Shown: positions 39,961 through 48,841 of the stretch, in pieces
How positions within the stretch are numbered: the first letter of the stretch is position 1
Layout of the letters: every line of letters begins with the position of its first letter
Assembly: GCA_043803405.1 (NCBI GenBank)
Contig: JAZDKB010000009.1
Span: 32,001-96,000, forward strand
Origin: Spirochaetota bacterium
Lineage (GTDB): Bacteria > Spirochaetota > UBA4802 > JAFGDQ01
DNA length: 64,000 nucleotides
Reading direction: 5' to 3'
The notes under the pieces: generated by a model
What the model was told of the DNA's origin: nothing
The model's input: the letters and a program-made list of their open reading frames with translations, nothing else
Databases searched by the model: none
Translations under genes and position numbers: made by a program

Positions 39961-40488
39961 TTATTCCAGTATAATGGTTTTATTTATATTTGTAAATTCT
40001 TCTTCCAGGGCAAGTGTTGCGTTATTTAAGGTTTCCTGCTGTTCTTCACTACTCAATTCCTCTTTACATACGGCAATTTTATAGACAGCCGAAGTACTTT
40101 TTATGGGGCCCGATTTAAATTTAACTTCTTTATCTACTTCAACATCCTCTGCAAAATTTCCATTCCCTGTGAGGCTTTTAGGGACATCAGCTCTGATACC
40201 AATGCTTACATATTCAATGCTGCGGGCTCCATCCTTAACAGGGCCAGCAGTTAAAAGCGATCCCGAGTATGTCATTATTAACAGCCCGCGCTCGTCGTCT
40301 TTTGCGAAAATGTCAAAATCGTCCATTGATGAGGATGCTATCTGCTCTTCAAATGCTTTTTTCTTTTCCGACCACCCTTCCGACATTTTTTCCAGCGATT
40401 CATCGTTGTACTCCATGCCGGAGGTTTTTGTTATTTGTTGTATATGTTCCCTGATATTTAAAGGCAGTTGATCAAAATAATCTCCCAT
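39961..40488 (-). CDS. Acidic hypothetical protein
   Basis: 175 aa ORF with GGAGG RBS; no family recognised. Confidence 0.75.
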   Translation of the reverse strand: MGDYFDQLPLNIREHIQQITKTSGMEYNDESLEKMSEGWSEKKKAFEEQIASSSMDDFDIFAKDDERGLLIMTYSGSLLTAGPVKDGARSIEYVSIGIRADVPKSLTGNGNFAEDVEVDKEVKFKSGPIKSTSAVYKIAVCKEELSSEEQQETLNNATLALEEEFTNINKTIILE

Positions 40489-40715
40489 AGTTTTCCTCCA
40501 TTTAATTTTAATTTATGTCAAAAAATTTTGAAATCGTTCAGCTAACCATAGTATTAAATATCTGTCAAGAGTTTTTCACGATATTTTTATTATATCGCAA
40601 TGGAATTATATTTGATTTCCTGCTATGATTCTGCAATAATCATGCTAATTTATCTTGAAACAAGAAAAATATTAATTCAAAATTACATAAATATACCAAT
40701 AGAGGGAATAAATAA

Positions 40716-41576
40716 ATGCAAAACAAAATTCTACATGCTATTATCGTATTGTTTATTTACGGAATTATTTTTAATTTAATGTCAGATGCGTTTGCCGATT
40801 CGAATGAAGAAAAAGCGCTCGATGAAGTTGCACAGGCGCTGCTTTTAAAAAGCGATATTCTAAAAGATAAACCAATCGGCATGTTCAGATTTACATCTCT
40901 TGACGGCAAAGAAAGTCCCGACGGCGCGCGAATTTCACAGTGCCTTCTAGAACGTCTGATGAATCAGAGTTCGCTTAAATTTATCGATCGTTCGGAGCTT
41001 GCTAAAATAGTCGGCGAACAGGAGCTTCAGCAATCCGGGCTTGTCGATACAGAGCTTGTAAATGAAAAACCGAAAATTCTCCCGATCGACTATATGATTA
41101 CGGGGACATTAGCTCATATAAGCAAGAAAGGACATATATCCGCAAGAATACTTAACGCAGGCACGGGAGAGATCCTTACTGCAAAATCCAGCGAGTATAT
41201 TGCCGACAGCGCTGTTACTGCAAATGACAGCCCCGAAGCAGTTGCTATCTATAAAAAATCACCTGATGAACTGGACAGAATAAACAGAGTGTTTTTTAAT
41301 TTACAGCAAATGAGCAAAAAAAGGCCGGTGGTTTTCCTTATCGCTGTGCTAAGCGATAAGGAAATTGAACAACTCGAAAGCGATAAACCCCGTCTTGCAA
41401 AAGCGATAAAGAAAAGAAGAACAGATATAAGATGGGATAAACCCGGAGTCCAGACCAAGATAGATCATTTAAAAAACGGACTGGCTGCAATGAAAACTTC
41501 GTATCCGTCGCGCTATGACCAGATTATGCAGAGAAAAATCGAAGTTATTGCTCATCTACCTAAAAAGAACAATTAG
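40716..41576 (+). CDS. CsgG/FlgO-like exported protein
   Basis: Signal peptide; FIDRSELAKIVGEQELQQSGLVD...ITGT...ARILNAGTGEIL. Confidence 0.7.
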   Translation: MQNKILHAIIVLFIYGIIFNLMSDAFADSNEEKALDEVAQALLLKSDILKDKPIGMFRFTSLDGKESPDGARISQCLLERLMNQSSLKFIDRSELAKIVGEQELQQSGLVDTELVNEKPKILPIDYMITGTLAHISKKGHISARILNAGTGEILTAKSSEYIADSAVTANDSPEAVAIYKKSPDELDRINRVFFNLQQMSKKRPVVFLIAVLSDKEIEQLESDKPRLAKAIKKRRTDIRWDKPGVQTKIDHLKNGLAAMKTSYPSRYDQIMQRKIEVIAHLPKKNN

Positions 41577-41581
41577 CTAGC

Positions 41582-41623
41582 TAATATTCAGAACGTGTAC
41601 CGAGTGACGCGTTCTGAATATTA
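41582..41623. terminator. Bidirectional terminator hairpin
   Basis: TAATATTCAGAACG...CGTTCTGAATATTA between convergent genes. Confidence 0.7.
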
Positions 41624-41631
41624 TAATAAGT

Positions 41632-43410
41632 CTAGTCTTTAAATCTCTGTTCCAGGGCTTTATATTCGTCCCAAATTGCTTTAGGCAGTTTATCTCCAAA
41701 CTGGTCAAAGAATTCCTTATGGCCTTTGAGTTCTTCACGCCAGTCATTTTTATCTATAGTCAGAATATCGGTTAAAGTATTTTTATTAATGTTCAATCCA
41801 TCTATATTAATATCTTCAGGCTTTGGAACATAGCCGATAGGTGTTTTGTTAGCTGATACCCTGTCAAAGCAACGATCGATTATCCATTTGATAACGCGCA
41901 GATTTTCGCCGTAACCCGGCCACAGGAACTTTCCCTTTTCGTCAAGACGGAACCAGTTTACGTTAAATATTTTCGGAGGATTTGGTATGCGGCTTCCCAT
42001 CGATAGCCAGTGTTTGAAATAATCTCCCATATTGTATCCGCAGAACGGGATCATGGCCATAGGATCACGCCGCACTTCGCCTTGCTTTCCGTACTGTGCA
42101 GCAGTGCGCTCGGAAGCCATGGTCGCGCCCATGTATACTCCGTGCTGCCAGCTTAAGGCCTGGTAAACAAGAGGAGCTACACGTGCCCTGCGTCCGCCGA
42201 AAAGAAAAGCGGAGATAGGAACGCCTTTAGGATCCTGCCAGCGCGGTGATATGCACGGGCATTGTTCCGCAGGAGCTGTAAAACGGCTGTTCGGATTTGC
42301 GCCCGGTTCCTTGGAATCCTTTGTCCACGGATCTCCCTTCCAGTCTGTTCCCTGATCTGGTGCAGGGCCGTCCATGCCCTCCCACCATACTGTTTTATCC
42401 GGTTTTAAAAGAACATTTGTATAAATAGTATTCTTTTTTACGGATTCCATTGCATTAGGATTTGTCTTATAATTAGTTCCAGGAGCAACGCCGAAAAATC
42501 CGTGTTCAGGATTTACTGCCCACAGCCTTCCGTCGTCTCCCACTCGCATCCATGATATATCGTCGCCAACTGTCCAGATTTTATACCCAGGCATGGAATC
42601 CGGAGGCACAAGCATTGCGAGGTTGGTTTTCCCGCAGGCGCTTGGGAACGCGCCGCCTATATAAGCGATCTCGCCTTTCGGATTTTCAACGCCCATAATC
42701 AGCATGTGCTCAGCCAGCCAGCCTTCGTTTTTCGCAAGATAACTCGCGATCCTCAGTGCAAGACATTTTTTACCCAGAAGAACATTGCCGCCGTAGCCGG
42801 AACCAACGCTCCATATAGCATTATCTTCAGGAAAATGACATATAAAGCGGCGGTCAATATTCAGATCCGCTTTCCCATGCAATCCCTTTGTAAATTCGCC
42901 GTTTGTGCCGAGTTCCTTCCAGGTGATATTACCCATAACCGTCATTATACGCATGTTGAGCACAACATATATGCTGTCTGTAATTTCTACTCCTATCTTA
43001 TTAAATGGAGATCCGGGAATTCCCATAATGAACGGGAGCACATACATTGTACGTCCTTTCATCGATCCTTCAAAAATCGCGCCGAGTTTTTTATACGCAT
43101 CCGGTGGGGACATCCAGTTATTCGTAGGTCCCGCATCTTCTTTTTTGCTGGTGCAAATAAAAGTCAGGTTCTCGGTCCGCGCAACATCGTTCTTCGCGGT
43201 ACGGTGGTAAACACAACCCGGCAGTTTCTCCTGGTTAAGCTCAATTAACTCTCCTGTGCGAAAAGCCTCGGCTGTAAGCGCGCGCTTTTCTTCTTCGGAA
43301 CCGTCCATCCAAAGAACAACATCCGGTTTTGTCATTTTCGCTACTTCTTCAACCCAAGCCAGAACTCCTTTATGTTCAGTAAGCGGTTGTTTCTGCATAT
43401 AGTTCTCCAT
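41632..43410 (-). CDS. pckG: Phosphoenolpyruvate carboxykinase (GTP)
   Basis: GSGYGGNVLLGKKCLALR, FPSACGKTNLAM, GDDI, NPEHGFFGVAPGT, WPGYGEN. Confidence 0.97.
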   Translation of the reverse strand: MENYMQKQPLTEHKGVLAWVEEVAKMTKPDVVLWMDGSEEEKRALTAEAFRTGELIELNQEKLPGCVYHRTAKNDVARTENLTFICTSKKEDAGPTNNWMSPPDAYKKLGAIFEGSMKGRTMYVLPFIMGIPGSPFNKIGVEITDSIYVVLNMRIMTVMGNITWKELGTNGEFTKGLHGKADLNIDRRFICHFPEDNAIWSVGSGYGGNVLLGKKCLALRIASYLAKNEGWLAEHMLIMGVENPKGEIAYIGGAFPSACGKTNLAMLVPPDSMPGYKIWTVGDDISWMRVGDDGRLWAVNPEHGFFGVAPGTNYKTNPNAMESVKKNTIYTNVLLKPDKTVWWEGMDGPAPDQGTDWKGDPWTKDSKEPGANPNSRFTAPAEQCPCISPRWQDPKGVPISAFLFGGRRARVAPLVYQALSWQHGVYMGATMASERTAAQYGKQGEVRRDPMAMIPFCGYNMGDYFKHWLSMGSRIPNPPKIFNVNWFRLDEKGKFLWPGYGENLRVIKWIIDRCFDRVSANKTPIGYVPKPEDINIDGLNINKNTLTDILTIDKNDWREELKGHKEFFDQFGDKLPKAIWDEYKALEQRFKD

Positions 43411-43643
43411 TAGATATTAAATGTTCACGATCTTTTTCAATAATATTATAAAAAGGTAGATAACAAAAAAGCAATTAAAAAATATGGTAAATAATTATAA
43501 CCAAAAATGTAAAAGCAGTGTCAACAAAAATATTGATGCTCTTTTCGTGCTGATTTTATAATAGATTTCATTAATTTGAAAATAATATCTTGCAGGATTT
43601 ACTGCCTGTTATTAGTTTTTCTATTAATCTTCGGAATATTAAA

Positions 43644-45038
43644 ATGGACAAAAAATTCGGAACAGACTTAACAGTCGGAAGCATTCCCAGGCATCTTTTA
43701 TCATTTTCAATTCCGATGCTTATAGGCAATCTTATACAAATCGCTCATAGCATAATCAATACGATATGGGTCGGTCATTTAGTAGGCGAAAATGCGGTCG
43801 GCGCAGTTGGCGTCTCCTATCCTATTATTTTTCTGCTTGTCGGGTTGGTCTTCGGATTATCTATGTCCACAACAATTCTTATTGCTCAATATTACGGAGC
43901 AAAAGAATACGATATGGTTAAAAAAGCCGTAAATAATTCATTCGCACTGGCACTTATTATCGGTATAAGTTTGGCCGCCGCTGGCATAATCACGAGTGAT
44001 TATATCCTAAAACTTATGGATACTCCGGAAGAAAATTTCGGCATGGCATCCGCTTATCTTAAAATCAGCATGATTAGTTTTGTGCCTATGTATTTTGTTC
44101 TTTTAATAAGTTCAATACTAAGAGGCATAGGCGATACAGTTACGCCGTTAATGTTTATGGCCATAGGGGTAGGAATAAACGCTGTTCTTGATCCGTTTTT
44201 AATAGGCGGATTCGGACCCTTTCCCAGTAACGGGCTTACCGGAGCGGCTTATGCAACATTAATCGCGCAAATCGTAGCATTAATAATCAGCATGATCTAT
44301 CTCGACAGAAAAAATCATATAATAGCTTTCAACCCGAAAAAGCTATTGATCGAGAGTCGCATGACATTTCTCATTTTTAAGATCGGATTTCCGTCTATAA
44401 TACAACAGTCACTGATATATTTGAGCGCTATGTTCGTTACAACCTTCGTTAACTCCTTCGGCAGTGCTGCAACAAACGCGTTCGGTGCAGTCCAAAGAGT
44501 TGATATGGTCGCTTTTCTTCCGGCATTGTCCATGAGCATTGCTGCTGCTACTCTTACCGGTCAAAACATAGGAGCAGGCAAACCGCATAGAGTAAAAGAA
44601 ATATTTAAATGGGGCGTTATTATGAATTCATTAATAACTCTTCTGATATCTCTTGGGGTTGTTTTGTTTTCTAACACTATATTTGTAATATTCGGCATAG
44701 GGGGTGATGCCGAGGTGGTCGGGATAGGAATAACTTATCTGCATATTGTAGGTTCATGCTACATTTTTTTTGCAATCATGTTTATATCAAACGGAATAAT
44801 TAACGGTGCCGGCCATACAATAATTACCATGCTTTTTTCTGTAATTACATTATGGCTGGTCAGGGTTCCGCTTTCATGGTACTTATCGAAAACCAGCCTT
44901 GGAATTATCGGTATATGGGTAGCCGTATCTCTAAGCTTTGTGGTAACAATGGCAATAAGTCTTGCATATTACTTTTCCGGCAGGTGGAAGAAATCGGCGA
45001 TCATTAAACCGGTATTAGAGCCTACGATTATGGAGTAA
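43644..45038 (+). CDS. MATE family efflux transporter
   Basis: DLTVGSI...PMLIGN, QYYGAK, RGIGDTVTP, NAVLDP, GQNIGAG; multiple TM segments. Confidence 0.93.
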   Translation: MDKKFGTDLTVGSIPRHLLSFSIPMLIGNLIQIAHSIINTIWVGHLVGENAVGAVGVSYPIIFLLVGLVFGLSMSTTILIAQYYGAKEYDMVKKAVNNSFALALIIGISLAAAGIITSDYILKLMDTPEENFGMASAYLKISMISFVPMYFVLLISSILRGIGDTVTPLMFMAIGVGINAVLDPFLIGGFGPFPSNGLTGAAYATLIAQIVALIISMIYLDRKNHIIAFNPKKLLIESRMTFLIFKIGFPSIIQQSLIYLSAMFVTTFVNSFGSAATNAFGAVQRVDMVAFLPALSMSIAAATLTGQNIGAGKPHRVKEIFKWGVIMNSLITLLISLGVVLFSNTIFVIFGIGGDAEVVGIGITYLHIVGSCYIFFAIMFISNGIINGAGHTIITMLFSVITLWLVRVPLSWYLSKTSLGIIGIWVAVSLSFVVTMAISLAYYFSGRWKKSAIIKPVLEPTIME

Positions 45039-45058
45039 AATTTATAATTCCACTAATT

Positions 45059-45226
45059 TTATTTCTTTGCTTTTTTTAAATTATCAGCAATAAATTTTTT
45101 CAAAGCTTCGTTAATAACATCAGTAGTTGTCATTGTGAAGCCGGCCTTTTTACTCTGATCAGCAGCCAGTTTCTTTATTTTATCGATAATGTCTTTTTCA
45201 AGCCAGATGTTTAATTGTTCTTTCAT
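45059..45226 (-). CDS. Small ribbon-helix-helix-like DNA-binding protein, 55 aa (not in ORF track)
   Basis: MKEQLNIWLEKDIIDKIKKLAADQSKKAGFTMTTTDVINEALKKFIADNLKKAKK: beta strand, helix, T-x-x-D-V-I-x-E-A-L second helix. Confidence 0.65.
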   Translation of the reverse strand: MKEQLNIWLEKDIIDKIKKLAADQSKKAGFTMTTTDVINEALKKFIADNLKKAKK

Positions 45227-45314
45227 CGCAATAAAATATAAAAAATTATAGCAATCGTAAAGTAAAAAATTAAAAAGTATAAAAAATTATGGGATTTATT
45301 TTATGCCTAGCAGG

Positions 45315-45342
45315 ATAAATGACAAATGCAACTGTCATTTAT
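45315..45342 (-). terminator. Possible terminator of hdr-flx operon
   Basis: ATAAATGACA-8nt-TGTCATTTAT; AT-rich stem. Confidence 0.45.
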
Positions 45343-45376
45343 AAATAATTATAAAAATATAACCTAAAAATTCAGC

Positions 45377-46213
45377 CTAGGCTTCGTCCGGAAGCTCTTT
45401 AAGCTCTTTAAGCGAAAAGACGGGGCCGTCTTTGCATACATACTTGTGGCCGATGTTGCAGCGGCCGCAAAGGCCTATCCCGCATTTCATTCTCTTTTCG
45501 AGTGTTGTAATGATCTGCTCATCCGGGAACTTGAGTTCAGCCAGACCTTCGAGCACAAACTTGATCATGATCGGAGGGCCGCAGGTTATAGCAACCGTAT
45601 TGTCCGGCTTGGGCGCGGTTTCCTTTAAAACTGTAGGCACAAAACCCACTCTCTTTTCCCATCCGGGAAACTGAGAATCTACTGTCAAAATTAAATTTAC
45701 ATCTTTCCTGGATTCCCACTCTTTGACATCTTCCTTAAAGCAAAGGTCGGCAGGAGTCCTTGCGCCGTATATAATTGTAATGTCCTTATAATCAGCACGG
45801 TTATCGAGCATATAAAGGATGAGTGTTCTAAGAGGCGCCATACCTATACCGCCGCCAATGAACAATATATTCTTGCCTTTCATTTTTTCATAAGGAAAAT
45901 AATTCCCTAGTGGAGCCCGGACGCCAATCTGGTCACCTTCGTACAGGTTGTGAAGAGCGCTGGTAACCTCGCCTGCTTTCATTACGCTGAATTGCAGATA
46001 TTCCATACGCGTAGGCGGAGTGTTGATTACAAAGGTTGACTCGCCTGCTCCAAAAACAGACAGCTGTCCAACCTGACCCGGCTGAAACCTGAAGGATTTC
46101 ATCTTTTCCGGATCATTAAAAACGACCTGAAAAGATTTAATATTCGGAGTCTCGTCTATTATACGCTTTACTGTCGCCATATCCGGTATATATGGATTTT
46201 GATTCATTGCCAT
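45377..46213 (-). CDS. flxA: FlxA, FAD/NAD-binding 2Fe-2S subunit
   Basis: FQPGQ, RAPLGN, GGGIGMAPLR, CGPPIM, MKCGIGLCGRC...VCKDGPVF. Confidence 0.85.
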   Translation of the reverse strand: MAMNQNPYIPDMATVKRIIDETPNIKSFQVVFNDPEKMKSFRFQPGQVGQLSVFGAGESTFVINTPPTRMEYLQFSVMKAGEVTSALHNLYEGDQIGVRAPLGNYFPYEKMKGKNILFIGGGIGMAPLRTLILYMLDNRADYKDITIIYGARTPADLCFKEDVKEWESRKDVNLILTVDSQFPGWEKRVGFVPTVLKETAPKPDNTVAITCGPPIMIKFVLEGLAELKFPDEQIITTLEKRMKCGIGLCGRCNIGHKYVCKDGPVFSLKELKELPDEA

Positions 46214-46238
46214 TCTATAAACTCCCTAAACTCATCTC

Positions 46239-46290
46239 GTCAGGTGCAAACGAGCTTCCTGCTCGCACCTGACACTAAGGCATCCTGCCT
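46239..46290 (-). repeat. Double hairpin with CAGGA loops upstream of flxA
   Basis: Minus strand AGGCAGGATGCCT, then GTCAGGTGCGAGCAGGAAGCTCGTTTGCACCTGAC. Confidence 0.6.
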
Positions 46291-46324
46291 GTCGCCTAAC
46301 CCCCATTGAAAAAATGTCTTTTTA

Positions 46325-46364
46325 CCCCTTCTTTGCGTAGCAGAGAGGGGGATAGGGGGTGAGT
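46325..46364. repeat. Partial C/G-run palindromic repeat
   Basis: CCCCTTCTTTGC-GTA-GCAGAGAGGGGGATAGGGGGTGAGT; related to 61418-61608. Confidence 0.55.
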
Positions 46365-46392
46365 AAAAATTACATTCTAAAACAAATACGTA

Positions 46393-47463
46393 TTATTTAT
46401 TTCCCAGGGTTCTTTCTGTCTTTGGATCTTTCAAATCTCCGGCTATTTTGCTGATATCAACCGACACAGGGCAATATCTTATGCACCGGCCGCAGCCGCA
46501 GCAGGCAATTACGCCATTATATTTTTCAGGATAATAAGAAAACTTATGGCCTACCCTGTTCTTGTAACGTTTAAATTTAGTTGGCCTCGGATTATGCCCG
46601 CTCGTTTCAAGAGTAAAATGGTTGAACATGCAGGCATCCCATGTCCTTATCCGCTCTCCATTTAATCTGGTTTTCTCATCGGTAATATTAAAACAATAAC
46701 AAGTCGGACATAGATATGTACATGCGCCGCAGCTTATGCATTTACTTACTGACTTTTCCCAGAACTCATCCGAATTAAATAATGCCGGATTTACTTTTTC
46801 AGTCGCATTTGCAGGAAATGGATTCTTTATTTTTTTAGCTGCTTCCGATTTTATTTTCGCCGCTTTATCTTTATAGGACGATCCATCCTGCATGCCGGAT
46901 GCCTTCATTATCGCTTTGCCTTTTTCAGTCACTGCCTCAAAATAATATCCGTTATCTACTTCAGTCATGATGACATCAGAGCCAGCAGTATCAGCCGGAC
47001 TGCCACCTACAGCAGTGCAGAAACATCCTGCGAACGGAGCTTCGCAGCTCTGCGATATTACCGTAGTCTTCTCGCGATGCTCTTTATAATACGGATCAGC
47101 TGTATCTGTCTCTATGAACACCCTGTCATATATAGTAAAACCTTTTGCGTCGCACGGACGGCATCCGAAAATCACGGCCTTGGGATAATTTCCCCCGGAT
47201 TTTACTTCAATATCAACTTTTTTCGGATCATTCGGATCATTCTTTTTAAATTCAAAAGTCATGAGAGTTTCACACTGAGGATACATAATACTCTTGGGCG
47301 GTACGTTTGCGGGTTTATCAAGACACAAATCCGATTCCCTGCTGAAAGTCTTGAAAAGGACAATGTCCCCTTCTATAACAGGCGCATATACAACCGCCTC
47401 TTTTGCCAGTGCTTCGAGAAAATCTTTAACTTTCTCTTTTGGTAGAAATCCTGTGTCTGCCAT
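46393..47463 (-). CDS. flxB: FlxB, 4Fe-4S dicluster subunit
   Basis: RPCD, CFC, CISCGACTYLCPTCYC, CCGCGRCIRYCP. Confidence 0.85.
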   Translation of the reverse strand: MADTGFLPKEKVKDFLEALAKEAVVYAPVIEGDIVLFKTFSRESDLCLDKPANVPPKSIMYPQCETLMTFEFKKNDPNDPKKVDIEVKSGGNYPKAVIFGCRPCDAKGFTIYDRVFIETDTADPYYKEHREKTTVISQSCEAPFAGCFCTAVGGSPADTAGSDVIMTEVDNGYYFEAVTEKGKAIMKASGMQDGSSYKDKAAKIKSEAAKKIKNPFPANATEKVNPALFNSDEFWEKSVSKCISCGACTYLCPTCYCFNITDEKTRLNGERIRTWDACMFNHFTLETSGHNPRPTKFKRYKNRVGHKFSYYPEKYNGVIACCGCGRCIRYCPVSVDISKIAGDLKDPKTERTLGNK

Positions 47464-48413
47464 TAGAGTTTATGCTCCTTAATTTTCGCTTCATCAACGT
47501 TAAACGTATACATTGGAGGCTTTTCCTCCGGATTGACGCCCGGAGTATAATCGAATAATTCCTTCATAACCGAATTTATCTTTTTCTTGAGCTTCGCAAC
47601 CGGAATATCCATAGGGCACACGCGCTCGCATTCGCCGCATTCCACACAACGCCCGGCCAGATGAACTGCATGAATCATATGAAACATCATCTTTTCTTCA
47701 GACGATAGTTTCTGGGTAATCCAGTGCGGGTCGCGCGTCTCAGCAATGCAGCTGTCCTGGCATACGCACATAGGGCACGCATTGCGGCACGCGTAACAGC
47801 GTATACATTTATCGAATTCCTTTGCAAAGTAAGCTTTGCGTTCTTCCAGCGACTTCGTCTCAAATTCCTTTACATCATCATAAACGCTTTCTGCCGGTTT
47901 TGTCGGCTTAATGGGATCGCCAACTAAATAATCATAAACAATCGGTGTAGGATATTGACAGGTCTTGCATTTGTCCGGACAAACATCGGCAATCGCCAGT
48001 GTCTTTTCACCTTTCGGCGTTTTAACAATAATATTTCCGTTGGTAAACTTTACGTCCTCAACAGGCTGCTGATCAACCGCCTTAAGCACTTTCTTTACGC
48101 TGACAACTCCGGTGCAAGGAATGCCGATTATAATAACATTGTTCCTGTCTATCAGGCCTTCCTGCATATACTGAACTATGGTCCTGCTATCACAGCCTTT
48201 CACTACAACAGCCGCCTTTTTCTTTAAGAACGGCAGATAGCTGGCGAGGTTCTGGGCACAAAGAGGATTCCATATTACCCTTTCAATGTCTTTGGTGTCC
48301 TTAATATAAAGAGGAGTGGCATGAAGTTTATCAAAGCCCTGCTCCCATGTGATTACGGTTCCCGCGTCAGATAAAACTTTATTTATAATTTCTTTCAACT
48401 TATCGATACTCAA
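47463..48413 (-). CDS. flxC: FlxC, 4Fe-4S dicluster subunit
   Basis: KGCD, CIRCYACRNACPMCVC, AGRCVECGECERVCP. Confidence 0.83.
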   Translation of the reverse strand: MSIDKLKEIINKVLSDAGTVITWEQGFDKLHATPLYIKDTKDIERVIWNPLCAQNLASYLPFLKKKAAVVVKGCDSRTIVQYMQEGLIDRNNVIIIGIPCTGVVSVKKVLKAVDQQPVEDVKFTNGNIIVKTPKGEKTLAIADVCPDKCKTCQYPTPIVYDYLVGDPIKPTKPAESVYDDVKEFETKSLEERKAYFAKEFDKCIRCYACRNACPMCVCQDSCIAETRDPHWITQKLSSEEKMMFHMIHAVHLAGRCVECGECERVCPMDIPVAKLKKKINSVMKELFDYTPGVNPEEKPPMYTFNVDEAKIKEHKL

Positions 48414-48841
48414 GACGCTTTCTCCTTCTTCTCATGCAGAGGCCCAAGTTCGTGAACCTTTCTGGTAAAATTGGTTACCACCTGCTGCCATTTCTGTCCT
48501 TCAGAGGCAGAAACCCATGTATAATGAAATCTTCTTTCGTCTATTCCGGTAAACTGTAACAGTCTTTTCAGCATCTCAAGCCTGCGCCTTGCATAATAGT
48601 TCCCTTCTGAATAGTGACAATCTCTTGGATGACAACCGGAAACAAGAACTCCGTCTGCACCGTTTAAAAGAGCCCTTACAACAAAAAGCGGATCTACACG
48701 GCCCGAACAGGGAACGCGTATAATTCGAAGATCGGTAGGCTGTCTAAAACGGCTTACTCCGGCAGTATCGGCCCCGCCGTACGAACACCAGTTGCAGAGA
48801 AAACCGACAATTCTAAGTTCTTTTACGTCTACATCTGACAT
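48410..48841 (-). CDS. flxD: FlxD/MvhD-like 2Fe-2S subunit
   Basis: FLCNWCSYGGAD, RVPCSGRVDP, GCHPRDCHY, WVSASEG. Confidence 0.9.
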   Translation of the reverse strand: MSDVDVKELRIVGFLCNWCSYGGADTAGVSRFRQPTDLRIIRVPCSGRVDPLFVVRALLNGADGVLVSGCHPRDCHYSEGNYYARRRLEMLKRLLQFTGIDERRFHYTWVSASEGQKWQQVVTNFTRKVHELGPLHEKKEKAS

